DNA of 64,000 bases, from assembly GCA_038841535.1 (NCBI GenBank), contig JAWBTQ010000006.1:6425-70424 (forward strand). Reading direction: 5' to 3'. Under the pieces are notes generated by a model. The model was not told the DNA's origin, made no database searches, and saw only the letters and a program-made list of their open reading frames with translations. Positions 28,752 to 38,662 of this stretch are shown piece after piece. Source of the DNA: Sulfolobales archaeon. Lineage in GTDB: Archaea; Thermoproteota; Thermoprotei_A; Sulfolobales; NBVN01. Position 1 is the first letter of the stretch; each line of letters begins with the position of its first letter. Both the position numbers and the translations under genes were made by a program.

Positions 28752-28758
28752 TTTTAAG
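28752..28758 (+). promoter_or_regulatory. TATA-box-like element upstream of tRNA-Leu
   Basis: TTTTAAG lies about 28 nt upstream of the tRNA 5' end. Confidence 0.45.
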
Positions 28759-28782
28759 TCACTAATCTAAACATCTACTGGT

Positions 28783-28899
28783 GCGGGGGTGCCCGAGCCA
28801 GGTCAAAGGGGTCGGGCTTAAGATACTTCCGGCAGCAGTCATAAGTAGGAGACCCGATGGCGTAGGCCTGCGTGGGTTCGAATCCCACCCCCCGCACCA
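28783..28899 (+). tRNA. tRNA-Leu (UAA) with a 29-nt intron and genomically encoded CCA
   Basis: Acceptor GCGGGGG/CCCCCGC, anticodon stem TCGGG/CCCGA, loop CU-UAA-G, a 29-nt intron after position 37, long variable arm TGGCGTAGGCCTGC, T arm GTGGG-TTCGAAT-CCCAC, discriminator A at 28896 followed by CCA. Confidence 0.9.
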
Positions 28900-28996
28900 T
28901 AGCTTATCGCTTCTCACCTCGCTTCACTAGCTTGCCTCGTAGTATGGATGTTACTGCCTACACGAGTATCTGATTTTAGTAGAAGCTACTAGTCAC

Positions 28997-29006
28997 TATT
29001 TAAAAA
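28997..29006 (+). promoter_or_regulatory. TATA-box-like element upstream of tRNA-Arg
   Basis: TATTTAAAAA is centred about 30 nt upstream of the tRNA 5' end. Confidence 0.5.
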
Positions 29007-29031
29007 CTCGTACGCAGTATACCGTTTTGGT

Positions 29032-29120
<89 letters not shown>

Positions 29121-29139
<19 letters not shown>

Positions 29140-29555
29140 TCACAATTATGACTGCCAGGTGTGTGAGAATACACGATTTTTCTTAAGAGTGCCGAGTCTT
29201 CTCTGAGTAGAAGCTCTAGGGCGATTGATTTGAGGGTTTCGCATGTTACTTCAAAGACCTTGAGCTTGCCTTGCTTTTTCGCTATCTCTAGGGCTACTAA
29301 GTGGTAGCAAGACCCTCTACGTCCTCTCACTACTACATCCAACTCAAAATTCTTACAGCTACAGTACATCCCGGGGAACAAAATGTAGCTTCTGTCTCGA
29401 CCGTGAAATACATATAGTTCTACAATATCCACACCTTTCTTGCAGTAAAGCTTTAACAATCGCTTCTCCATTACGGCGTCTATAACTTTCTCAGAAGGAT
29501 GGTCCATATAGCTTAACGTAAACTCATTCACTGATCGCTTATCTAGCCTACTCAT
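29121..29555 (-). CDS. SWIM-type zinc-finger protein
   Basis: 144-aa ORF with YCSCKNF-x12-GSCYH (CxCx15CxH). Its last 19 nt, including the stop, lie antisense to the 3' end of tRNA-Arg. Confidence 0.55.
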
Positions 29556-29902
29556 GCGATCCAGCGTGTATTTCCTTAGAGAATATTTGAGCTTTTCGAG
29601 TTAACTAGAATTACTTGGAATGACCTAGCTAAAGAATATGTACAACCACTATCTCCCATAAAGGTATACGCAGACGTGGTCTTTCTCAGAAGTCTTGAGT
29701 AGGTCTACTAGGTCTGGGTCTAGAAATGATATGATCATGATATCGTCTACTTTTCTCTTACTCAAGTTAAGTAAGGAGCTTTGCGAGCCACTCGAATCAC
29801 GGTCTTTAGGGCACTCTTCTATATCTACGACATACATCCACCTCACCCTCACGTAGGTTCCTAGAGGACCGGTTGCGTGAGCAAACCACAAACCTCTATC
29901 CC

Positions 29903-31438
29903 CTACCTCTGAAGTAATTTAAGTAATAAGGTTGCGTACTTTAAGACTACATTAACGATTTCCGAGAGAGGTCCTAGAGTTTTTGATAGCCCAGTAAGCC
30001 TGCAGATATCGTTTTCAGTTATAGTTTTAGAGATAGCTAGTATTGCTACATAGACTGCTGAGTAAGCCGTAAATTTCAATGCTAGCAGAAGTAGTGAATC
30101 TGCAAACTCCCGACCTTTTATTACCGGTAGCAGCATAAGAGAAGGTATGAGTGCTGAAACTAGTACTCTAGCTGAGAATCTATGGTCTAAAGAAACGTCC
30201 ATATACTCCACTAAGAAGTAGAGTTGCGCTATAGTGGTTATAGTACTGAGGACTAGGTAGGATATAGCCGCACCATGTAGTCCACATATTCTTACGAGGG
30301 CATAGAGTAACGGGACGTAGGCAGCAGACCCTAGAATGTTTGATACTAGAATATACTTTGTCTTATTCATAGCGCTTAAAGCCGGTCCTACTACGTGCGA
30401 CCCGAGTAGAGTTAGCGTGTTTACGAGTACGACCATGCTGAAGTACACGTCAGCCTCAGTATACCTCCGCCCGTATACTACGCGAACTATATCGTGCGAA
30501 GTAGCTGATGAAAAAAGCGCTAAAGGTATAGAGAAAAGAACTACGTACTTAATAGAATCCGCAAAGAGATTCTTAAAGTCTTGACCACCTAGCTCTGAGA
30601 AAACTTTCAAGAAAGCCGTAGAAAATGGTGCTATAGCAATAGAAATCACACTCAAGAGGTTGAGAGCGGCTCTATAGTTGCCTATCTCGAAATCTGTAAA
30701 GAATCTTGACAGCGTTAGAGTGGTATACATCTGCGTCATCGAGCCAACTAAACCAGTAACGTAAAGTGGGACTGAGAACCGGAGAATCTCGAGCAAGTCT
30801 TTAGAACTAAACCCTAGTTTAGGTCTACTTAGAGACCTCATTATCAGAACTACCCCAACTAGGGAGCTAGCCGTGGACGCTATAACTATACCTAGAACAG
30901 CGCCCTTGGTAAAGAAAGTTATTGCTAGGGCTATAGAAAGAGAGACTCTGAGGAAGTTGTATATAGGTTCTAGAAGCGCTGCCTTGACTCTTCTTCCCAT
31001 ACCCACTAGAGACGCCCTAGAGACGTTGAGAAGGGAGTACGATAGAAGATAGGGCATGGAGATAAATACGAGGTCGGAGTACTCTGGTCTGTTGATTAGG
31101 GTCTTCGATAGAGTGCTACTCGCAAGTGCTCCAAGCACCGTTATAATTGATGAAGTAGAGAGTGCGACGACTATTCCCAGGGTAACGTAAGATGCTGCTT
31201 TCTCCGGGTACCTAGGTATATACCTCACCATAGCTGCGGACATGCCTAAGTCAACGAAGGAGACGAGAAAAGCGGGTACAGCTAGAACTAAAGAGTATGC
31301 TCCGTAGCCTTCAGGACCTAGTACTCTCGCTAAAACGAGAGACCCTAGCCCAGCAATAAGAATAGAGAGAAAGCTTCCTCCAGCTAATGTAACGGCCGTG
31401 GAAGCTGCTTCATAGAGAGCATTGCTATCACTCTTCAA
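29903..31438 (-). CDS. MOP/Wzx-type oligosaccharide flippase (polysaccharide biosynthesis protein)
   Basis: 511-aa ORF with about 14 TM helices. The N-terminal GSLVLARVLGPEGYGAYSL is typical of the Polysacc_synt family. Confidence 0.7.
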   Translation of the reverse strand: MKSDSNALYEAASTAVTLAGGSFLSILIAGLGSLVLARVLGPEGYGAYSLVLAVPAFLVSFVDLGMSAAMVRYIPRYPEKAASYVTLGIVVALSTSSIITVLGALASSTLSKTLINRPEYSDLVFISMPYLLSYSLLNVSRASLVGMGRRVKAALLEPIYNFLRVSLSIALAITFFTKGAVLGIVIASTASSLVGVVLIMRSLSRPKLGFSSKDLLEILRFSVPLYVTGLVGSMTQMYTTLTLSRFFTDFEIGNYRAALNLLSVISIAIAPFSTAFLKVFSELGGQDFKNLFADSIKYVVLFSIPLALFSSATSHDIVRVVYGRRYTEADVYFSMVVLVNTLTLLGSHVVGPALSAMNKTKYILVSNILGSAAYVPLLYALVRICGLHGAAISYLVLSTITTIAQLYFLVEYMDVSLDHRFSARVLVSALIPSLMLLPVIKGREFADSLLLLALKFTAYSAVYVAILAISKTITENDICRLTGLSKTLGPLSEIVNVVLKYATLLLKLLQR

Positions 31439-31564
31439 CTCGTGCGATCCTGAAGATTTAGTTGAGAAACAAGGTTAAAAGAGTGTTTTATAGAGTACTG
31501 TGCTAGACAGCTTTTGCGATGCTGCGTGAAGCTTTAAAACTTTCTTCCGGTTACTGTTGCTGAG

Positions 31565-33007
31565 ATGAGTACTGCTTACATAAAACACTTGAGGAAACCT
31601 ACGAGGATACTGTCTGGAGTGTCTGTAGTAGCTGTTATGACTAAGCCGCATCGGTGCCCGCACGGTAAGTGTGTTTACTGTCCAGGTGGACCTGAGTTCA
31701 ATACTCCGCAGAGCTACATCGGTGAGGAGCCTGCACTCATGAGAGCTCTGAGAGTGGGCTTTGACCCGTACGAGCAAGTGAGAGTGAGGCTGAAGCAATA
31801 CGAAGCCTTGGGGGCGTTCCCTAGCAAAGTGGAGGTAGTAGTTATGGGTGGTACTTTTATGGCTTTTCCCGAGGATTACCAGGAGTGGTTTATAGCTAGC
31901 ATTTTCGATGCCGCTAACCGATACCCAGAGTCGAGATCTTCTGGTTCCCCCAGCCTACAGGAAGCTCACAGATTAAATGAAACAGCTGGAGTGAGAATAG
32001 TCGGATTAACGATCGAGACTAGGCCCGATTACGCTAAAGAAAAGCACTCAGATAGAATGCTCTATCTCGGTGCCACTAAGGTTGAGTTAGGAGTTCAAAC
32101 AGTTTTCGACGAAATCCTGACGTTAGTGAGGAGGGGTCACACAGTACGAGACACCGTTGAAGCCACGAGGATACTTAAGGACAGCGGGTTTAAGGTGGTC
32201 TACCACATAATGCCTGGCTTGCCAGGGTCTGACCCAGATAAAGATATCCAGACAATTAAGGAAGTATTTGAAAACCCGGACTTCAGGCCGGACATGCTCA
32301 AGATATATCCAACTGTTGTAACTGAGGGTACTGAATTATATAAGTGGTGGCTTGAAGGTAGGTACCGGCCCTACACTGATGAAGAAGCTATTGAACTGGT
32401 GTCTGAGTTCTACCGCTACATACCGAAGTGGGTTAGAGTTATGAGAATACAAAGAGACATCCCAGCTCAGTACATTGTGGCTGGACCCAGGAAGGGTAAC
32501 CTACGCGAGCTCGTAGAGCTCAAAGCCCTCTCTAAGGGAGTGAAAATCAGGGAGATCAGGTTTAGGGAGATAGGTCGCCAGGAACTCTACCGAGGCGTAA
32601 GACCTTCGGAACTCTACATTGCGAGAGAGTATTATGAAGCAAGTGGGGGTATAGAGGTCTTTTTGTCAGTAGAAAACACTGTATCTGATGTAGTTGCAGG
32701 CATACTGAGGCTTCGGATTCCTTCAGATAGAGCACACAGACAGGAGCTTAGGAGTAGGTCCGCTATTGTGAGAGAGCTCCACGTATACGGATTGCAGACC
32801 CCGATAGGTGTTTACTACGACTACTCCTGGCAACATAAGGGGTGGGGGGCAAGGTTACTCGAGGAAGCTGAGGAAATAGCTGGATACGAGTTTAGCTGTA
32901 ATAGAATACTCGTACTTTCAGGTGTCGGTGCCAGAGAGTACTATCGAAAACGCGGGTACTATAGACTCGGGGACAGTCCGTACATGGTTAAAGACCTTAA
33001 GTTCTGA
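31565..33007 (+). CDS. elp3: Elp3-type radical-SAM / GNAT tRNA uridine(34) modification enzyme
   Basis: 480-aa ORF. It has KPHRCPHGKCVYCPGG (the Elp3 radical-SAM cluster motif), a TIETRPD core and a C-terminal GNAT block (HKGWGARLLEEAE). Confidence 0.9.
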   Translation: MSTAYIKHLRKPTRILSGVSVVAVMTKPHRCPHGKCVYCPGGPEFNTPQSYIGEEPALMRALRVGFDPYEQVRVRLKQYEALGAFPSKVEVVVMGGTFMAFPEDYQEWFIASIFDAANRYPESRSSGSPSLQEAHRLNETAGVRIVGLTIETRPDYAKEKHSDRMLYLGATKVELGVQTVFDEILTLVRRGHTVRDTVEATRILKDSGFKVVYHIMPGLPGSDPDKDIQTIKEVFENPDFRPDMLKIYPTVVTEGTELYKWWLEGRYRPYTDEEAIELVSEFYRYIPKWVRVMRIQRDIPAQYIVAGPRKGNLRELVELKALSKGVKIREIRFREIGRQELYRGVRPSELYIAREYYEASGGIEVFLSVENTVSDVVAGILRLRIPSDRAHRQELRSRSAIVRELHVYGLQTPIGVYYDYSWQHKGWGARLLEEAEEIAGYEFSCNRILVLSGVGAREYYRKRGYYRLGDSPYMVKDLKF

Positions 33008-33050
33008 AGCTTTAATCGCTATTTGGAAAATACAAAATACGTATTTGTGC

Positions 33051-33566
33051 TCACTGTCTCGCTTGAGGTAGTCTATCAACGTATTTTGCTAAATCCCTTG
33101 GAATAAGCAACCTGATCTTGGCTCCAGCAAGTCGAAGAGCTATTGCTTCTGTAATCTTCAATAGCCTTGAGGAAAAAGCTCTATACCTGCATTCTCCCAG
33201 AACCACGTCTTCCTCGAATCTCACTGGTACTCTGAGCTCGTGATCTACGAACCCGAAGAGCAGTATTAAGTAGAAAGTATATAGTCCTCGAGATATCTCA
33301 GTCAGGAATTTGAGGTCTATAAGTGAGTCTTCATCTACTTGCTCGGGTAGGGTTCCAGAAATAACCTTCGATAACCTAATCTGCGGTAAAGATTTCGCTA
33401 GGTTGCGAAGAAGTTCAATGAACTCCCTGCACGACAGCATTCGGCTCAAACAAAATGAGAGTCCCGCTAGTACGTCTCTATAAATACCCATTACGTCCTC
33501 ATGACTTAGTCTAGAAAGTTCTTCACTTACTAGTTCTGCTAAGGTAATTTTATCAATGCTCGACAT
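33051..33566 (-). CDS. hypothetical protein
   Basis: 171-aa helical ORF, divergent from the TFE-beta-like gene, with no motif recognised. Confidence 0.45.
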   Translation of the reverse strand: MSSIDKITLAELVSEELSRLSHEDVMGIYRDVLAGLSFCLSRMLSCREFIELLRNLAKSLPQIRLSKVISGTLPEQVDEDSLIDLKFLTEISRGLYTFYLILLFGFVDHELRVPVRFEEDVVLGECRYRAFSSRLLKITEAIALRLAGAKIRLLIPRDLAKYVDRLPQARQ

Positions 33567-33576
33567 ACCCGCCTAG

Positions 33577-34110
33577 TTGTCTAGAGCGCACAAGCTATTT
33601 AAACCTTCAGAGTACTCTCCGGCAATGGAGACCTCATTTCAGCCACTTTTAGCTCCAATAGAGTTTAACTATATTTGCTTTGTAACTCTTGATCTAGTGG
33701 GATTAAAGATCAAGGGTAGCTTGAGCTTTGAGGAAAGAGTGCTGGAGATAATCAAGGACTCGACTAAAAAGAGTGGGGGGATAGTCCAGAGCGAATTATG
33801 GCGTATGCTTGGTATAGATAGTAGAGAGGGGAGTAAGCTTATCGCTAGACTAATGAGGAAAGGTCTTTTAATGAGAGAGGCAGTAACGTACAAAGGAAAG
33901 AAGACCTACATTCTGAGGTACGCCGACAATACGAGGGCCCCGGTCAGTGTTTCTGTGAATTTAAACCCAGTAGTTGAGGTACCATGCTTCGCGTGTAAGC
34001 AAATAAACAGGTGTAGCATAGGAGGTTATTATGACCCGACCAGGTGCCCACTTCTTACGAGATACCTGCTGTCAATGAACATCCGGAGAACCCTGTCGCT
34101 TCTACCGTAG
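33577..34110 (+). CDS. TFE-beta / RPC34-like transcription factor subunit (wHTH plus 4-Cys FeS domain)
   Basis: 177-aa ORF from TTG, with ATG 33625 the more likely start. The wHTH is GGIVQSELWRMLGIDSREGSKLIARLMRKGLLMRE. The C-terminal PCFACKQINRCSIGGYYDPTRCPLLTRYL fits the RPC34/TFE-beta cubane-cluster motif. Confidence 0.6.
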   Translation: MSRAHKLFKPSEYSPAMETSFQPLLAPIEFNYICFVTLDLVGLKIKGSLSFEERVLEIIKDSTKKSGGIVQSELWRMLGIDSREGSKLIARLMRKGLLMREAVTYKGKKTYILRYADNTRAPVSVSVNLNPVVEVPCFACKQINRCSIGGYYDPTRCPLLTRYLLSMNIRRTLSLLP

Positions 34111-34295
34111 CTCGCTGTTTCTGTAGACTTCTGCGAATTTGTAGTAAGCACATGAAGTAAATTAATAAGCTTCTGAACCTCATGTACCTTAGTGATGAAA
34201 CGACGGTCTCCTGATGGTTGATGTATCTTCTCTTCTCTGATTAACTAACGGGCTTTAAAGATGAGATACCTAGAGAATATACTAGGTGTGGAGGT

Positions 34296-35864
34296 GTGGC
34301 AGTAATCGAGGAAAGCTTTAAGTCGATTTCGCCAGCGGAGTTCTTTTATAAGAACAAGGAGATAGCCGGATTCTCAAACCCAGCTCGGGCTCTATACCAA
34401 ACTATTAGAGAGCTTGTCGAGAACTCTCTCGACGCAACAGAAAACCACGGCATTCTTCCAATAGTCAAGGTATCAATTCGGGAGCTTGAAGTAGTTCCCG
34501 AAGGAGCATACTACGAGGTGGTTGTTGAGGATAACGGCGTGGGAATCCCCCCCAAATACGTCCCACAAGCGTTCGCCCAACTATTGTTTAGCTCTAAGTA
34601 CGTTTTGCGGCAGTCGAGGGGCATGTTTGGTCTAGGAGCTAAAATGGCAGTTCTTTACGCTCAAATAACTACAGGTTATCCGGCTGAAGTAATAGTAGCG
34701 CCAGTAAAGTCCAAACACGTATATAGCTTTAAACTGAAGATAGACATAAGAGAGAATAGGCCGGTCATACTGAATTTCACCACGACCTCGAACATATTGG
34801 GGAAACACGGTACTACCGTTAGGTTGATCACTTTAGGTGATTGGATAAGATCCAAGCAGAGGATATATGAGTACATAAGGAGAACGGCAATAATAGCTCC
34901 TTATGCCGAGATATTATTTAGAGATCCCGATAGCAATTACTTACTGTTTGAGAGAACTATAGACAAACTACCACCTCCAGCTAGGGAAACACTACCTCAT
35001 CCACACGGAGTAGACATAGAAACTATGAAGAGCATACTCAAATCCCTAGCGAGTAAGTCTATTCTCGAGAGCCTAGTAGAGAGCTTTCAAGGAATTGGTG
35101 TTATGACGGCACAAAGGATCCTTACAGAAGCAGGAATAAGCCCGGAGAGGAGATCTGGTGAACTTACGGACCCCGAGATAGAGGCTCTCGTTAGAGTAAT
35201 GAAGAATTACAAGGAAATAAAGCCGCCGAGGGCTGATCATCTGTCGTACTTGGATGAAGAGATCATAGTTGCTGGCCTAAAGAAGGTGTTTGAACCGGAA
35301 TTTGCTACCGCTGTCACTAGGAAACCATCAGTGTTCGAAGGCCACGCGTTTATAGTGGAGGTTGGAATAGCCTACGGGGGTAAGGTACCAGTAGTTGAGA
35401 AACCCCTAGTCTTAAGATACGCCAATAAGATTCCCTTACTATACGACGAAGGTAGTGACGTAGTGTTCAAGGTTTTAGATGAGAAGAAGGGCATAGATTT
35501 TAAGGTATACGAAATAGAGTTTCCATCACCGCTCGTAATACTAACCCACATATGCAGTACTAAGATTCCCTATAGAGGAGTTGGTAAAGAGGCCGTTGCT
35601 GATATCCCAGAGATAGAAGAAGAGGTAGAAAGCGCTCTTCGCGAAGCTCTAAGGGAGCTTAGATCATACATATTAAAAAAGAGAAAGGAGATGGAAGAAA
35701 TAGAGAAGGCTGTGGCTATAGCAAAGTACATACCTGAAGTAGCTAATTCTCTGTCGAGAATGTATAAAGTAAATTCGCGAGAGATATCTACTAAGCTCCT
35801 AGAGCTTCTTAACTCTAGACTCAGGTCGTTCAAGATACCGAGTTTGAGTAGCGTGGTGATCTGA
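34296..35864 (+). CDS. top6B: DNA topoisomerase VI subunit B
   Basis: 522-aa ORF. SPAEFFYKNKEIAGFSNPARALYQTIRELVENSLDA (Bergerat ATP-binding fold N-box), VEDNGVGIP and GMFGLGAK are present. Confidence 0.95.
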   Translation: MAVIEESFKSISPAEFFYKNKEIAGFSNPARALYQTIRELVENSLDATENHGILPIVKVSIRELEVVPEGAYYEVVVEDNGVGIPPKYVPQAFAQLLFSSKYVLRQSRGMFGLGAKMAVLYAQITTGYPAEVIVAPVKSKHVYSFKLKIDIRENRPVILNFTTTSNILGKHGTTVRLITLGDWIRSKQRIYEYIRRTAIIAPYAEILFRDPDSNYLLFERTIDKLPPPARETLPHPHGVDIETMKSILKSLASKSILESLVESFQGIGVMTAQRILTEAGISPERRSGELTDPEIEALVRVMKNYKEIKPPRADHLSYLDEEIIVAGLKKVFEPEFATAVTRKPSVFEGHAFIVEVGIAYGGKVPVVEKPLVLRYANKIPLLYDEGSDVVFKVLDEKKGIDFKVYEIEFPSPLVILTHICSTKIPYRGVGKEAVADIPEIEEEVESALREALRELRSYILKKRKEMEEIEKAVAIAKYIPEVANSLSRMYKVNSREISTKLLELLNSRLRSFKIPSLSSVVI

Positions 35865-35865
35865 C

Positions 35866-37041
35866 ATGGCTACTGATAGCTATTCGTCTAAAATAGACGT
35901 AAGGGCTCGCGAGAGGGCTCTCAAGATCCTTTACGATAAGTTCTACGATGTTCTCAAGGATATATCGGAAGGAAAGCCGCCGAAGCTAGTAATAAAAAAG
36001 AGAACTCTAGGTAACACTATTTACGACCTAGAGAGAAAGCTACTACTTCTTGGTGAAGCAACTTTCGAGAGGTCTCTCCTAGATCTGCGCGAGGCCAGAA
36101 AATTTATGCAGACACTGCTTATGGCGGGTATAATTTACGAAGCACTATCTAATGGGGAGTATCCAACTATAAGAGACCTCTATTACAGAGGTAAGCACAC
36201 GATACGGTATAGAAAGCTACCAACAAAGTCTATTGGGGAGGAAAACACTTGGGAGGAGCAGGCAGAGTCGGACTCCGTACTCAGGGATATAGAAGTATTT
36301 TCTAATGTGCTTAGAGAAGAGATGCTGATACTGAGCAAGGAGAAAGGTAAGGTTGTGGGCGACCTAAAGATAAGGTCCGGAGACGATACCATAGACCTGA
36401 GTAAAATGGGGCATGGTGCCTACTCTATCGAACCTACACCTGATCTCATAGATTTCATTGAAGTTAACGCTGAACTTGTTTTGGTTATCGAGAAAGACGC
36501 CGTCTTTCAGCAACTTCATAGAATCGGGTTCTGGAAGAAGCATCATGCTATATTAATTACGAGCGCAGGGCAACCAGATAGAGCTACTCGGAGGTTTGTT
36601 AGGAGGCTTAATGAGGAGCTCGGCTTGCCTGTTTACGTGATTTCTGATTCAGATCCTTATGGATACTACATTTACAGCGTCTTTAAGACCGGATCAATAA
36701 CCTTATCTTACGAAAGCGAGAGACTAGCTACACCACACGCTAGATTCCTTGGAGTCATGATGACTGACATATTTGGAAGCACTAAGCTCGGGAAGAAGCC
36801 GTACCTAACTGAAGAAGAAAGACGAAACTTCATTATAAGGGCTAAGGAACGAGACATTAAGAGGGCTAAGGAGCTGAAGGAGTATCCTTGGTTTAAGTCT
36901 GAGAGGTGGCAGATAGAGCTTAACGAGTTTTTAGACAGGAAAGTGAAGTTGGAGATTGAGGCTCTAGCAGGTAAGGGCCTTAAGTTCCTAGCAGATAAAT
37001 ATGTTCCAGAGAAAATCGATGTGGGAGACTGGATTGAGTAA
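35866..37041 (+). CDS. top6A: DNA topoisomerase VI subunit A (Spo11-type)
   Basis: 391-aa ORF immediately after top6B. It has a TIRDLYYRG catalytic-Tyr context and the Toprim segments VLVIEKDAVF and ISDSDPYGYYI. Confidence 0.95.
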   Translation: MATDSYSSKIDVRARERALKILYDKFYDVLKDISEGKPPKLVIKKRTLGNTIYDLERKLLLLGEATFERSLLDLREARKFMQTLLMAGIIYEALSNGEYPTIRDLYYRGKHTIRYRKLPTKSIGEENTWEEQAESDSVLRDIEVFSNVLREEMLILSKEKGKVVGDLKIRSGDDTIDLSKMGHGAYSIEPTPDLIDFIEVNAELVLVIEKDAVFQQLHRIGFWKKHHAILITSAGQPDRATRRFVRRLNEELGLPVYVISDSDPYGYYIYSVFKTGSITLSYESERLATPHARFLGVMMTDIFGSTKLGKKPYLTEEERRNFIIRAKERDIKRAKELKEYPWFKSERWQIELNEFLDRKVKLEIEALAGKGLKFLADKYVPEKIDVGDWIE

Positions 37042-37741
37042 TCGGGTTCCTTGCTACCTGCTAAACTACATAAAATCGCTTGAGGAGTCTATAGACCAAA
37101 CAATGTTGAGAATGGATGCAACAGAAAAAGACTATATGTCTTTCATTGAGGCTTCAGAGAAGTACAAGTTTAGAGCTGTAATAGTTCCTCAGGCAGTCCT
37201 CTCTTTAGTGGTGTCAGTAACTAGACATGTAGTTGGTACAGTCGTCGGGTTCCCGATGGGCTTCAGCTCTTTGAAGGTTAAGCTCAGCGAGATAGACTTT
37301 GCTGCCAATAGTGGGGCGCGCGAGGTTGATGTCGTCGTAAACACTATTCTAGCCAAGAGCGGTAAGTGGAGAGAGCTGGCTGAAGAGATCTCGAAAGTCG
37401 TTGAGAAAGCCCGAGAGTACGGGCTTTTAACAAAGATTATAATCGAGACGTCGGTTTTAAGAAGAGATGAGATCGAGACGATTTCCAGAATAGTTGAAGA
37501 CTCTGGAGCAGACTTCGTGAAAACAAACACGGGATTTGGGCCTAGAGGAGTTATACCATCTGATATATTGACTATAAAGTCTTCTATAGCTGGAAGATGC
37601 AAGATCAAGGCATCTGGGGGTATTAGAACAGCTTTAGACGCCGCCTTAATGGTCTACCTAGGAGCGCACGTCATTGGGACAAGCCATGGAGTTGAGATAG
37701 TTGAGCAGGCTAGGAAGGCTTTAAGTGAAAGCTGCTTTTAG
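37001..37741 (+). CDS. deoC: deoxyribose-phosphate aldolase
   Basis: 246-aa ORF. IDQTMLRMDAT, ADFVKTNTGFG (Schiff-base Lys) and KIKASGGIRT are present. It overlaps the top6A 3' end, and the real start may be the internal Met at 37019. Confidence 0.85.
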   Translation: MFQRKSMWETGLSNRVPCYLLNYIKSLEESIDQTMLRMDATEKDYMSFIEASEKYKFRAVIVPQAVLSLVVSVTRHVVGTVVGFPMGFSSLKVKLSEIDFAANSGAREVDVVVNTILAKSGKWRELAEEISKVVEKAREYGLLTKIIIETSVLRRDEIETISRIVEDSGADFVKTNTGFGPRGVIPSDILTIKSSIAGRCKIKASGGIRTALDAALMVYLGAHVIGTSHGVEIVEQARKALSESCF

Positions 37742-38032
37742 CTGTACCGTGAGACCTCCACCTCCTCTCGTTTAAGGTTACTATTAATTACTGTTAATTG
37801 TTGTGATTTAGGATTTAGTACAGAGTAGTTCATACTGTCTCCAGGTCTCAACTACGGACAGTCACGCATACCTGCCGTCCAGGATTACGGTAGTTATTAA
37901 TCACTGCAACAGCTAGCTATAGGTCATTTAGTCACAATGAAATTGCTGAGGCCTTAGAGAGAAACAGTGGGATTCAAGAACTGATGAGTACCCTTAATAG
38001 CTTGGGTTTCTAGTCTGATGTGGTGCTCCTAG

Positions 38033-38638
38033 ATGACTTCGGACGGCTTGTTTGAAGAACTCTGCCAAGCTATGAGATACCTATACATTAAGGGTCTAAT
38101 AACTGCTCTCAGCGGTAACGTTAGTGTTAAACTGGATGAAGCCAGGATAGCGATCACTCCCACAGGCAAAACGAAGTTCCTGCTGACCCCCCTTGATATA
38201 TCTGTGGTATCGATGGACGGAAAACACTTGAGTGGTCCGAGACCCTCAGTTGAGACTGAGATGCATATTGGTATCTATTTAAGTTGCCCCGACTGCGGAT
38301 CCGTAGTACACGCCCACGGACTGCTTTCTTCAGTACTAGCGGGATTTCTTAGTCCGGTGGAGGACTTAGAATTAAGAACGTTTGGGGTTAGAGTGTGTCA
38401 AGTTGACGAGCTGCCCCCCGGATCCAAAGAACTGGCTGGAGCTGTAAGTAGCGCTGTTGCTAGTGGTTGTAAAGCAGTAGTCTTGAAGAATCATGGAATA
38501 GTCGGTATAGGGAGAAATTTGGGAGAAGCACTTGAGATAGTAGAAGCCGTTGAAAACTCTTTCAAGAAGAGCCTAGTGCTCCACGTTTTGGATAGCCTAA
38601 GTAAGCAGAGTCTCCACTCCTCTAGGTTAAAACGGTAG
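38033..38638 (+). CDS. class II aldolase/adducin-family protein (fuculose-phosphate-aldolase/MtnB-like)
   Basis: 201-aa ORF. It has an N-terminal SGNVSV, the metal ligands E..H and VVHAHG, and VVLKNHGIV. Confidence 0.75.
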   Translation: MTSDGLFEELCQAMRYLYIKGLITALSGNVSVKLDEARIAITPTGKTKFLLTPLDISVVSMDGKHLSGPRPSVETEMHIGIYLSCPDCGSVVHAHGLLSSVLAGFLSPVEDLELRTFGVRVCQVDELPPGSKELAGAVSSAVASGCKAVVLKNHGIVGIGRNLGEALEIVEAVENSFKKSLVLHVLDSLSKQSLHSSRLKR

Positions 38639-38662
38639 GTTCCCGATACTAGCTCACGAAGC

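Noticed and set aside
29649-29891. 80-aa ORF between the SWIM gene and the flippase gene. The small ORFs at 43254-43457 (67 aa) and 49349-49564 (71 aa) are similar cases.
   Set aside because: They have no motifs and are short, and I cannot judge their coding status from sequence alone. They are not called as genes.
37982-38018. TGATGA followed 27 nt later by CTGA, just upstream of the aldolase gene.
   Set aside because: There are no internal D'/C' boxes and no complementary termini. The total length is below that of typical archaeal C/D sRNAs.
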